From: an uncultured Acidobacteriota bacterium
Lineage (GTDB): Bacteria; Acidobacteriota; JAAYUB01
DNA: 64,000 bases
Assembly: GCA_964436005.1 (NCBI GenBank)
Contig: CAYTBK010000007.1
Location: 1,340-65,339 of the forward strand
Direction of reading: 5' to 3'
In this document: positions 27,437 through 36,210 of the stretch, piece by piece
Numbering within the stretch: position 1 is the stretch's first letter
Layout of the letters: each line of letters begins with the position of its first letter
Made by a program: the position numbers and the translations under genes
The notes under the pieces: model-generated
Databases searched by the model: none
Told to the model about the DNA's origin: nothing
What the model saw: the letters and a program-made list of their open reading frames with translations, nothing else

Positions 27437-28738
27437 TTGAAAAGAAACCAGGGGGTGCATGTCGACGCGGTGGAGCCCGAGTCGCCCGCGGAGTTCATGG
27501 GCATCGAGCCCGGTGACATTTGCTTGAAGGTGAACGGCCAGGAAGTGGAGGATTTCCTGGACGTCAACTTCCATTTCCAGGACGGCGAGGAGAATGTCCT
27601 GCTTTTCGCCAAAAGGGACGGCGCACTTTGGGAGGCCGAGGTGGAGCTCGACGAGGGCGAGGAACTGGGAATCGCCTGGGCTGACATCCCTCCCCGTCTA
27701 TGCCGGAACCGGTGCCAGTTCTGTTTCGTCGACCAACTGCCCCGCGGCGTTCGTCCCACGCTGAGAATCAAGGACGAGGATTACCGGCACTCCTTCCTCT
27801 ACGGCAATTTCATCACGCTGTCCAACCTCACGGATCACGACGTCAGGAGGATCGTCGCCCAGCGCCTGTCCCCTCTGTACGTCTCCGTGCACGCCACGGA
27901 CCAGTCGGTGCGCCGGGCGTTGACGGGCAGTCGCCCGGCGGACCGCTTCGATACGCTGTTCGGCCGCCTGGTGGAGGGGGGGATCCGTCTGCATACCCAG
28001 GTCGTCCTCTGCCCGGGCCTCAACGACGGAGACGTTTTCCTGCGCACCGTGGCGGATCTGGCGGCCCGGCGGCCTCAGGTGCTGTCGGTGGGCGTCGTGC
28101 CGGTGGGCCTCACCGCCCATCGCCAAGGCCTGGCGGAGCTGGAGCGGGTGGATGCCGCCAAGTCCCGGGAGGTGCTGCAGGTCGTTCACCGCCTGCAGGA
28201 ATCATTCCGGAAAGGCAGGACGGGGCGTTTCGTTTTCGCCGCCGACGAGTTCTACCTGCTGGCCGGGGAGGAGATCCCGCCGGCCAAGGCCTACGAGGGC
28301 TATCCCCAACTGGAGAACGGCGTCGGAATGGTCCGCGACTTTCTCGAGGAGTTCGCCCCTCTTCTCAAGCGGAAGCGCCCGTCCTGGGCCGGCCGCCGGG
28401 CCGTCTTCGCCACCGGAAGCTCCTTCGCCCCCGTGCTGCGGGGCTGCCTGGAGCGCTTCAACGAAGTTCACGGAGCGTTCCTGGAAGTGCTGGAAGTGCC
28501 CAACCGCTTTCTCGGCCCCAGCGTCACCGTGGCCGGCCTGCTCTCGGGAGGGGATTTCCTCGAGGCGGCCCGGGGGCGGGACGTCGGTGAATTCCTGGCT
28601 ATCCCCGCGTCATGCCTGAACATGGACGGTGTTTTCCTGGACGATTCCACGCCGGAAGAACTGCAACAGAGGCTCAACCTGCCCCTCCTTTCGTTTCACC
28701 CTTCCGCCCAGGGCTTCGACGCCGTGCTGAACGGCTGA
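27437..28738 (+). CDS. DUF512 family radical-SAM-like Fe-S protein with N-terminal PDZ-like domain
   Basis: CRNRCQFCFVDQLP (CxxxCxxC), KDEDYRHSFLYGNFITLSNL, SPLYVSVHAT, HTQVVLCPGLNDG, QLENGVG. Confidence 0.88.
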   Translation: MKRNQGVHVDAVEPESPAEFMGIEPGDICLKVNGQEVEDFLDVNFHFQDGEENVLLFAKRDGALWEAEVELDEGEELGIAWADIPPRLCRNRCQFCFVDQLPRGVRPTLRIKDEDYRHSFLYGNFITLSNLTDHDVRRIVAQRLSPLYVSVHATDQSVRRALTGSRPADRFDTLFGRLVEGGIRLHTQVVLCPGLNDGDVFLRTVADLAARRPQVLSVGVVPVGLTAHRQGLAELERVDAAKSREVLQVVHRLQESFRKGRTGRFVFAADEFYLLAGEEIPPAKAYEGYPQLENGVGMVRDFLEEFAPLLKRKRPSWAGRRAVFATGSSFAPVLRGCLERFNEVHGAFLEVLEVPNRFLGPSVTVAGLLSGGDFLEAARGRDVGEFLAIPASCLNMDGVFLDDSTPEELQQRLNLPLLSFHPSAQGFDAVLNG

Positions 28739-28900
28739 AAGGCCGGCGGCGGCAGGCGCCACGGACACCGGGAGAATCCCCGACCCATCCCCGGCATCCA
28801 ATCGTCAGCCTCCGGCGAATTACGGGGCGTTCGCTTCGGCCGCCCCATTCGGACTTCGGGTGGAAAGGATTAGAATATGCTTGCAAAAATGAGGAAATAC

Positions 28901-29068
28901 ATGAAAGACATCCTGATCGTCCTCCTGATCCTCTTCGCCTGGTTCGCCCTGCAGAAGTGGATTCTGCCCCGCTTGGGCGTTCCCACCTGAATGTCCGACT
29001 CCTGCGATCTCGGGTCACGGGATCATCATCAGAAGAAGAATCCTCCTGCCGGCAAAGACGCTCTCTGA
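28901..29068 (+). CDS. Small single-TM protein, candidate selenoprotein with in-frame TGA at 28988-28990 (not in the ORF track)
   Basis: MKDILIVLLILFAWFALQKWILPRLGVPT-TGA-MSDSCDLGSRDHHQKKNPPAGKDAL*. GAGGA RBS at 28891-28895, TAGAAT -10 at 28871-28876, hairpin at 29000-29022. Confidence 0.6.
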
Positions 29069-29242
29069 TTCCACAAGCGTCCGCCGCCTCCGGGAAAACG
29101 GAAAACGTTGCGGCCTCTGGCCGCCTGGCACCCGCGGGGTAAAACCCGGGTGCGGAATCTGCGTACACATGCGCGAGTGGCGGCATCTTCCGGCGAAGAC
29201 CACTTTTTCGCGCTCCTTCTTTCATCTTCCCCGGTTAACAGG

Positions 29243-29248
29243 TATAAT
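29243..29248 (+). promoter_or_regulatory. Consensus -10 box TATAAT upstream of the ctpA-like gene
   Basis: Exact TATAAT about 30 nt before the ATG at 29278; -35 region weak. Confidence 0.5.
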
Positions 29249-29277
29249 GCCGCTTTATCTTCGGTCGGAGGCTGATC

Positions 29278-30546
29278 ATGCAGCGGTGGATGAAAGGGGT
29301 GTACAGCGTGTCGTCAGTGCTGGTTCTCTTCCTGATTTGCGGGTTTGTCTGGAACAGCTTTGCCGCCGAAGATGAAGATTACAAGAACCTCATCGTCTTC
29401 AGTGAGGTGATCCGGAAAGTCCAGGATTCCTATGTTGAGAAACCGGACATCCGGAAACTGACCGTCGGCGCGCTGCGCGGCCTGGCTTACGGAGTGGATG
29501 CGTTTTCGTGCTACCTGACACCGGAGGAGCGGCGACTCGTGGAAGCGCGCAAGGGCGAAACCGGCATCACCGGCGTGGTCATCACGCCCCGCAGCGGGTT
29601 CTACCGCATAATGGCGGTGATTCCCGGTTCTTCTGCCGACAAGGCCGGACTTTTCCCGGGCGATCTCGTGGAAGAAATCGAGCGCAAGGGGACGAGCGAG
29701 ATGCCGCCCCCCTGCGTGCAGGCCGCTTTGGCCGGGCCTGTGGGCTCGGAAGTGCGGTTGGGCATCCAGCGGGGGCAGTCGGAAGAACTGAAAGAGGTCG
29801 TTCTGAAGCGGACGACCCCCATCGCCCAGGTACCGGAGTACAAGATCCTGGAACCGGGGATCGGCCTGTTGAAGATCCGGGAGTTTTCCCCCGGCGTCGC
29901 CGAGGACGTGAAGCGAGCGCTCAACGCCATGTCGAACAGCGGGGTGAAGAGCCTGGTGCTGGATCTGCGCGACAACTGCAGCGGCAGTTATCCGGAAGCC
30001 TTGGAGACGGCCAACCTGTTCGTCGGCTCCGGGAATCTCGCCCTACTGAAGGTTCGCGGGCAGGATGCCGCCCCTGCGCCGGTCCCCGCCAAGGCCGAGA
30101 AACTCCTTTTCCCCGGCGCCCTGGTGGTGATGGCCAACGGCTTCACTTCCGGCCCGGCCGAAGTCGTCGCCGGGGCCATCAAGGATTCGGGCCGCGGAAA
30201 GATTGTCGGGTTGAAGACGTACGGGACCGCTTCCGAGCAGAAGGACCTGGTCCTCCCGGACAGCGCCGTCATGCGGCTCACCACGGTGCGCTACCTGACC
30301 CCTTCCGGAACGGCCATCACCAACGAGAAGACCAACCTGGCGGGAATCAAGCCGGACTTGAAGTCTCCGCCCGAGGATTTCGCCCTCTCGCTGTATATCG
30401 ATTACGACATGGCGACCGGAGAGGAATCGGCGCCCCTTTACCGGAAATACGTGGACAGCGTCTACGCGAAGCAGCTCGAACAGGCGCTGGAACTGCTGAA
30501 GAACCCACAAATGGACCTGAAGGCCGAGGTCGTGCCGGCTGAATAG
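29278..30546 (+). CDS. S41/CtpA-like PDZ protein, predicted catalytically inactive
   Basis: YVEKPD, PDZ (AGLFPGDLV), IREF, LVLDLRDN. The SASE and TFGKG motifs read TSGPAE and TYGTA. Confidence 0.85.
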   Translation: MQRWMKGVYSVSSVLVLFLICGFVWNSFAAEDEDYKNLIVFSEVIRKVQDSYVEKPDIRKLTVGALRGLAYGVDAFSCYLTPEERRLVEARKGETGITGVVITPRSGFYRIMAVIPGSSADKAGLFPGDLVEEIERKGTSEMPPPCVQAALAGPVGSEVRLGIQRGQSEELKEVVLKRTTPIAQVPEYKILEPGIGLLKIREFSPGVAEDVKRALNAMSNSGVKSLVLDLRDNCSGSYPEALETANLFVGSGNLALLKVRGQDAAPAPVPAKAEKLLFPGALVVMANGFTSGPAEVVAGAIKDSGRGKIVGLKTYGTASEQKDLVLPDSAVMRLTTVRYLTPSGTAITNEKTNLAGIKPDLKSPPEDFALSLYIDYDMATGEESAPLYRKYVDSVYAKQLEQALELLKNPQMDLKAEVVPAE

Positions 30547-30589
30547 ATCGCAATTGGATTTTTCAGCCGGGACAAGGTCGTGGCAAGGT

Positions 30590-31372
30590 ATGGATCGTCA
30601 ATTCTTCATTGAGCGTTACGGCGAGGGGGGGGAAGAACTCCGCCTATTGGACTCCCTTGATGCCGCCCGGCTTCCCCGTCACGTCGCGATCATCATGGAT
30701 GGCAACGGGCGGTGGGCCGTGGGGCAGGGAAAGCCCCGGGTCGAGGGGCACCGGGTGGGCGCGGAGTCGGTACGCGCCGTGACCGAAGCCTGCGCCGCGC
30801 TGGGCATTGAGCAGCTCACGCTTTACGCCTTCTCGGTGGAGAACTGGAAACGGCCCAAGGCTGAGATCCGCGAACTCATGAAGCTGCTGCGCCGCTACGT
30901 CAAGGAAGAGCTGCCCACCCTGCAGCGCAACGGCATCCGGTTCCGCGCCATCGGCCGCCTGGGCGGCCTGGACGCCCTCACCCGGCGCATGGTTTCCTTC
31001 ACCCAGCAGGCCACGGCGGCCAACTCGGGCATGTGCCTGAACATCGCCTTGAATTACGGGGGGCGTGCCGAGATCGCCGACGCGGCGGCCGCCGTCGCCC
31101 GAGACGTGGCGGCGGGACGGCTGGACCCGAGTGCGGTGGACGAGAACGAGATCGAACGCCGCCTGTACACGGCCGGTCTTCCCGATCCCGACCTGCTGGT
31201 GCGCACCAGCGGGGAGTGCCGGGTGAGCAACTTCATGCTGTGGCAGATCGCCTATGCCGAGTTCGTGGTCACGCCCGCCCTGTGGCCCGACTTCCGCGGG
31301 GCCGAACTGCTCCGCTGCATCGGGGAATACCAGAAGCGGGAACGCCGTTTCGGCGGTCTCGCCGAGGAGTGA
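30590..31372 (+). CDS. uppS: Undecaprenyl diphosphate synthase
   Basis: HVAIIMDGNGRWA, LYAFSVENWKRP, LNYGGRAEI, PDLLVRTSGECRVSNFMLWQIAYAE. Confidence 0.96.
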   Translation: MDRQFFIERYGEGGEELRLLDSLDAARLPRHVAIIMDGNGRWAVGQGKPRVEGHRVGAESVRAVTEACAALGIEQLTLYAFSVENWKRPKAEIRELMKLLRRYVKEELPTLQRNGIRFRAIGRLGGLDALTRRMVSFTQQATAANSGMCLNIALNYGGRAEIADAAAAVARDVAAGRLDPSAVDENEIERRLYTAGLPDPDLLVRTSGECRVSNFMLWQIAYAEFVVTPALWPDFRGAELLRCIGEYQKRERRFGGLAEE

Positions 31373-31373
31373 T

Positions 31374-32189
31374 ATGGCCCTTCGGATCCTGTCCGCCCTG
31401 ATCCTGATCCCCGTCGTGCTGGGGATCGTTTTCTTCGTTCCCCCGCTTCCCTTCGCCCTGGCCGCGACGGCCCTGGCCGCCCTCGCCTTCTGGGAATTCC
31501 TGAAAATGGGTCGCTTGCGTTACGGTGGAGGCGACAACCTGCCGCTCGTCTTCCTGGGCATCCTGGCTGGATTCCCCTGTTTCTGGGCGCCGACTGCCGA
31601 CGGGCGCGCCGCCTGGGCGGCCGGGTTCCTGCTCTGCGCCGGGTCGCTGGCCATCGTGCGCGGGAAGGAGCCTGCCGAGGCTTTGGGGCGGATCATTTGG
31701 CCGGCCGCCGGTTTCCTGTACATTTTCGTCCTGTTTTCCTGGGTGTCCGACATTCGCTTCAACCTGGACGTGAAGAACGGCGCGGTCCTGCTCGTCTTTT
31801 TCCTCCTGATCCAGTGGGTGGGCGACACCATGGCCTATGCCACGGGGAGACTGTTCGGGAAGCGGAAGCTGATTCCGTCCGTCAGCCCCGGCAAGACGGT
31901 GGCCGGCGCCCTGGGCGGCCTCGCCGGAAGCGCGACGGTCGGGCTGGTGATGGCTTTGGCCGCCTTCCCGGGCCACCGCCCGGCGGTCTTCGCCGCCGCC
32001 GCTCTGCTCCTCGGCGCGGCCGGGCAGGTGGGTGACCTGCTGGAATCCCTGTTCAAGCGCTGCTGCGGGGTCAAGGACTCCTCCGCCCTGATCCCGGGAC
32101 ACGGCGGGATGCTGGACCGCATCGATTCGCTGCTGTTCACGGCGCCGCTATTCTTCTTCCTTCTCCGTTCGGTGTTGCGATGGGCATGA
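31374..32189 (+). CDS. cdsA: Phosphatidate cytidylyltransferase
   Basis: Multi-TM; DTMAYATG, SPGKTVAG, GDLLESLFKR, KDSSALIPGHGGMLDRIDS. Confidence 0.95.
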   Translation: MALRILSALILIPVVLGIVFFVPPLPFALAATALAALAFWEFLKMGRLRYGGGDNLPLVFLGILAGFPCFWAPTADGRAAWAAGFLLCAGSLAIVRGKEPAEALGRIIWPAAGFLYIFVLFSWVSDIRFNLDVKNGAVLLVFFLLIQWVGDTMAYATGRLFGKRKLIPSVSPGKTVAGALGGLAGSATVGLVMALAAFPGHRPAVFAAAALLLGAAGQVGDLLESLFKRCCGVKDSSALIPGHGGMLDRIDSLLFTAPLFFFLLRSVLRWA

Positions 32190-33424
32190 CGAGTTCCCGG
32201 AAAAAGCTGGCCGTCCTGGGTTCCACCGGTTCCATCGGTTGCAGCACCCTGGACGTCGTCGACTCGCGGCCGGAAGCCTACGAGGTGGTCGGCCTGGCCG
32301 CCGGCCGGAACGTGGAGCTGCTGGGCAGCCAGATCGCGCGGTTCCGCCCCCGCCTGGTCTCCGTGGCCTCCGTGGAGCGGCGGGACGCCCTGGCGCGGCA
32401 GCTCCGGGAAGCCGGCATCGACCTCCGCGGGGTGGACTTGCTCGCCGGCGAGGAAGGCGCTCGCGCGGTGGCTTCCATGCCGGAAGCGGATACCGTCGTG
32501 TCGGCCATGGTCGGTTTCGCCGGGCTGCGGCCGACCATGGAGGCCGTCCGGCGCGGCAAGCGCGTGGCCCTGGCCAACAAGGAGACGCTGGTGGCCGCCG
32601 GAGGTCTGATCATGGAGGCGGCCCGCCTGTCCGGGGCCAAACTCCTGCCGGTGGACAGCGAGCACAACGCCATTTTCCAGTGCCTGCAGGGGCAGGACCC
32701 CGCCGCCGTGGAGCGACTGTGGCTGACGGCTTCCGGCGGGCCCTTCCTGCGCATGCCAGCCGGCGCCTTCGAGGGAATCACCGTGGAAGAGGCCCTGACC
32801 CATCCGACCTGGAAGATGGGGAAGAAAATCTCCATCGACTCCGCCACCCTCATGAACAAGGGGCTGGAGGTGATCGAGGCCCGCTGGCTGTTCAGCATGC
32901 AGCCTTCCCGGATCGGTGTCGTCATCCATCCCCAGTCGGTGGTCCATTCCCTGGTGGAGTTCGTGGACGGATCCTTCCTCGCCCAACTGGGCGTCACCGA
33001 CATGAAACTGCCCATCCGCTTCGCCCTGGACCACCCGGACCGGCTGGCCTCCAAAATGCCCGGACTGAACCTGTTCCAGCTGCCCGACCTGGAGTTCCTC
33101 GAGCCGGACCGGGCCAAGTTTCCCTGCCTGGACCTCGCCTACCGGGCGCTCGAAGCGGGCGGGACCGCCCCCGCCGCTCTCAACGCCGCCAACGAGATTG
33201 CCGTGGCCGCCTTCCTGGAGGAAATGATTCCCTTTACCGCCATTCCCAACGTCATCGCCGAGTGCCTGGAAAATTTCCCGGCGGGTCCGGCCGATACGTT
33301 GGAGGCCATCGAAACGGCGGACTTCTGGGCCCGGGAAAACGCGCGGGAAATCATCCGGGGCAATCCGGACGGGAGCGGGCCGACTTTTCACATAGACCTG
33401 CGACGTTCTCAGGGGGTTTCATGA
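32180..33424 (+). CDS. dxr: 1-deoxy-D-xylulose 5-phosphate reductoisomerase
   Basis: LGSTGSIG, LANKETLV, LPVDSEHNAIFQ, TASGGPF, HPTWKMGKKISIDSATLMNKGLE. Confidence 0.97.
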   Translation: MGMTSSRKKLAVLGSTGSIGCSTLDVVDSRPEAYEVVGLAAGRNVELLGSQIARFRPRLVSVASVERRDALARQLREAGIDLRGVDLLAGEEGARAVASMPEADTVVSAMVGFAGLRPTMEAVRRGKRVALANKETLVAAGGLIMEAARLSGAKLLPVDSEHNAIFQCLQGQDPAAVERLWLTASGGPFLRMPAGAFEGITVEEALTHPTWKMGKKISIDSATLMNKGLEVIEARWLFSMQPSRIGVVIHPQSVVHSLVEFVDGSFLAQLGVTDMKLPIRFALDHPDRLASKMPGLNLFQLPDLEFLEPDRAKFPCLDLAYRALEAGGTAPAALNAANEIAVAAFLEEMIPFTAIPNVIAECLENFPAGPADTLEAIETADFWARENAREIIRGNPDGSGPTFHIDLRRSQGVS

Positions 33425-34857
33425 TCAGCGTGCTGGCGTTTGTTTTCATCCTGGGCATCATGATCTTCCTTCATGAACTGGGGCATTTTCTGGCCGCACG
33501 GGCCTTCGGGATCCGGGTGGAGACCTTCTCCCTCGGGTTCGGCCGGCGGCTCTGCGGTTTCAAGCGCAACGGCACCGACTACCGCATTTCCATGATCCCG
33601 CTCGGCGGGTTCGTCAAGATGGCCGGGGAGCACTTCTCCGAAGACGCCACCGGCGATCCGGGCGAGTTCCTTTCCAAGCCCCGCTGGCAGCGGGCCATGG
33701 TGACGGCGGCGGGTCCGCTGATGAACCTCCTGTTTGCCGTCTTCCTGCTGTGGGTCAACTACATGGTCGGCGTGGAAGTCCCGGGTTTCTACCAGGCGCA
33801 GCCCCGTGTCGGGCTCGTGGGGGGAAACTCCCCCGCGGCCGGGAAAGGGCTGGAGACCGGCGACTACCTGGTAGCGGTGAACGGTTCGGAGATGACCACC
33901 TGGTCTGATTTTGTCATGGCCTCCGTCTCCTTCTCCAACCAGAGCGTTCCGGTGACCTTTTCCCGCGACGGGGTTTCTTTCCAGCGCCAGCTGCATTTCC
34001 GGGAAACGGAGACGGACCCTTCGGAAATCACCGGAATCTACCCCTTCATCCCCATCCATGTGGAGGACGTGGCCAAAAACTCCCCCGCCGAGCGGGCCGG
34101 TTTGCGCGCGGGGGACGAAATCGTGTCGGTGACCGACGGGCCGTCGGTGCAGCGGGGGTTCCTGGCCGTGTTCCGACTGATCCGGGACAATGCCGGAACG
34201 GTCGACTACGGACTGGTCGCCGACGGCCTCTTCCGCCTGTTCACGCCGGCGGCGCCCGGATTCGGTGCCGCCGATCCCGCCTGGGACAGACAGCGGAATC
34301 CTTTTTCCGGGATCACCGAGGGAAGGCGCCTACGCGCGGCTGTCAGGCGAGGCGGCCAGACCTGGGCCGTGGATTTCGTGCCCGACGCCGTGAACCGGAA
34401 CGACGGTCGGGGCCTGGCCGGTTTCCAGCTCGATTTCCGCCTGGTCACGGAGCGCTTCGGCCCCTGGCTGGCCCTGAAGCGTTCGCTCAAGGACAACCTG
34501 CGGTTCGTCGCCATGACCTACCGGGTTCTGGCCAAGGTGGTCGGGGGCACCCTGTCCATTCGCCAGTTCTCGGGCCCCATCGGCATCGCCCGGGCTTCCG
34601 GCGACGCGGTGAAAACAGGCAACCTGGTGGTTGTCTTCAATTTCATGGCCCTCATCAGCATGAACCTGGCGGTGCTGAACCTGTTGCCCATCCCGGTCCT
34701 GGACGGCGGGATGCTGTTCTTCCTGCTGCTGGAGATGGTCTTCCGGCGCGATATCCCCCTGCGGTTCAAGGAGCGGGCGGTAACGGCCGGCATGCTCCTG
34801 CTGCTGGCCTTCATGGCCGTCGTCATCTTCTTCGACGTCTACAAGATGTTCAAATAG
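33421..34857 (+). CDS. rseP: RIP metalloprotease RseP (site-2 protease with two PDZ domains)
   Basis: LHELGHF (HExxH), IPLGGFVKM, AGPLMN, NLLPIPVLDGG; conserved position after dxr. Confidence 0.95.
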   Translation: MISVLAFVFILGIMIFLHELGHFLAARAFGIRVETFSLGFGRRLCGFKRNGTDYRISMIPLGGFVKMAGEHFSEDATGDPGEFLSKPRWQRAMVTAAGPLMNLLFAVFLLWVNYMVGVEVPGFYQAQPRVGLVGGNSPAAGKGLETGDYLVAVNGSEMTTWSDFVMASVSFSNQSVPVTFSRDGVSFQRQLHFRETETDPSEITGIYPFIPIHVEDVAKNSPAERAGLRAGDEIVSVTDGPSVQRGFLAVFRLIRDNAGTVDYGLVADGLFRLFTPAAPGFGAADPAWDRQRNPFSGITEGRRLRAAVRRGGQTWAVDFVPDAVNRNDGRGLAGFQLDFRLVTERFGPWLALKRSLKDNLRFVAMTYRVLAKVVGGTLSIRQFSGPIGIARASGDAVKTGNLVVVFNFMALISMNLAVLNLLPIPVLDGGMLFFLLLEMVFRRDIPLRFKERAVTAGMLLLLAFMAVVIFFDVYKMFK

Positions 34858-35003
34858 CGGCATGGCGACCGAAGAGTATCCAGAGCGCTGACCGCCTCCC
34901 CGCGGACGGACCGGCCCGACCGGGGGAAAGTTCTGGGCCGAACGTGTCCGCGGAGGAAACGATCGGCCTTCCTCAAGTTCATCCTGTTCATCAATGTTAA
35001 ATA

Positions 35004-35474
35004 TTAAATTTTCAATGTGCTGCGCGCTGCCAGCAAGGCCCGGATCCGGCGGGCCAGGCGGTCGGCCAGGCGGCGCACGGCGGACTCCACCGGCGGGGAG
35101 AGCGATTCGCGCAACTCTTCCGGCGGCCATATGGTGACAGCGAAAACCTCCGTTTCGGGGAAGGGGGCCACCTGGCCCAGTGCGCGCAAGATGCCCAGCA
35201 CCCAGGCCAGGTCGTTCTGGTGCAGGGAGGCGGCGGCGCGGGAAGGCGTGGGGACGCGCCGGGTCACCCGCCCCGGTGTCCTGCCGCAGACGGCGTCCAC
35301 GAGAAAGAACCGGGGGGCGAGCGGCAGACTGTCGGCCAGGGCGAAGAGGTCGCCGTCCAGGGTCTGCAGGAGCAACCTCGACTCGCCGGGAAAGGAAGCG
35401 GCGAGTTCCGCCACGACGGCGGGACCGGCGCCGTCGTCCCCGGCCAGGGGGTTGCCGACGCCGATCACGCCCAC
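35004..35474 (-). CDS. Hydrogenase maturation protease (HycI/HoxW-like)
   Basis: IGVGNPLAGDDGAG, LVDAV, SLHQ; last gene of the hydrogenase run. Start uncertain (GTG at 35474). Confidence 0.88.
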   Translation of the reverse strand: MGVIGVGNPLAGDDGAGPAVVAELAASFPGESRLLLQTLDGDLFALADSLPLAPRFFLVDAVCGRTPGRVTRRVPTPSRAAASLHQNDLAWVLGILRALGQVAPFPETEVFAVTIWPPEELRESLSPPVESAVRRLADRLARRIRALLAARSTLKI

Positions 35475-35490
35475 GGCGAAGGGGTGCGGC

Positions 35491-36207
35491 TCAGTAGAGC
35501 TTGATCTCGTAGCGACACCCCTTCTCGCCGCGCTCTGCCTGGACCAGGCGAGGGCGCACGTTGGCCATGCGCGAAAGGTACCCGGCCAGGTAGTTGTAGA
35601 AAAGCACGCACAGTTCCTGGCCCAGGGGGATGTTTTCCTTTCCGCACAGGTCGCGGACGAAGCACTTGCCGACGTCGATGGTCAGATGGTCGCCCGCCGC
35701 GGCAAAGGTGAGATCCCAGGTGGGGGCGAACTGCTCGCGGGCCAGGTCCAGCACCTCGGCGAAGTCCTTGGGCTGGCGGTAGCGGGGCAGTTGGCCCGCC
35801 AGCGTCCGGCCCGCCATGGTCCCCACGGCCGGCAGGCCGCCGCCGAGAGTCTGCTTGAAGACGGAGGCCACGGACAGGAGCCGCACCCCCAGGTCGTTCA
35901 GCGCCGATTTCAGTTCGGCCTCGTCGGACATCACCCGCTGGTGCGTCTTCTCCTCCCCCAGCAGGCGGGTGGCCAGGTCCAGGGCGTAGGGGTCGTGGTA
36001 GAAGTTCTCCGAATGAACCACCTCGCCGTGATCGATGGCCCCGGCCGGGCAGATCTCCGAACAGCTCAGGCAGCCGAAGCACTCGAGGGGTTTCGCTACT
36101 GTCGGCACCCGCTTTTCTTCGTCGAAGGCGAAGACGCCGGTCCGGCAGGTCTCCACGCACAGCGTGCAGCCCACGCAGGCTTTTTCGTCGATCTGGATGG
36201 AAACCAT
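35491..36207 (-). CDS. 2[4Fe-4S] ferredoxin fused to a V4R-like C-terminal domain
   Basis: CVGCTLCVETC and CFGCLSCSEICP. The C-terminal CFVRDLC...LC...YLAG...GCRYEI pattern resembles the V4R fold. Confidence 0.8.
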   Translation of the reverse strand: MVSIQIDEKACVGCTLCVETCRTGVFAFDEEKRVPTVAKPLECFGCLSCSEICPAGAIDHGEVVHSENFYHDPYALDLATRLLGEEKTHQRVMSDEAELKSALNDLGVRLLSVASVFKQTLGGGLPAVGTMAGRTLAGQLPRYRQPKDFAEVLDLAREQFAPTWDLTFAAAGDHLTIDVGKCFVRDLCGKENIPLGQELCVLFYNYLAGYLSRMANVRPRLVQAERGEKGCRYEIKLY

Positions 36208-36210
36208 GCG

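Noticed and set aside
34858-35003. AT-rich patch and short ATG ORF between rseP and the hydrogenase protease gene
   Set aside because: Only 9 codons with no RBS, and no convincing structured RNA or repeat; treated as a convergent intergenic spacer.
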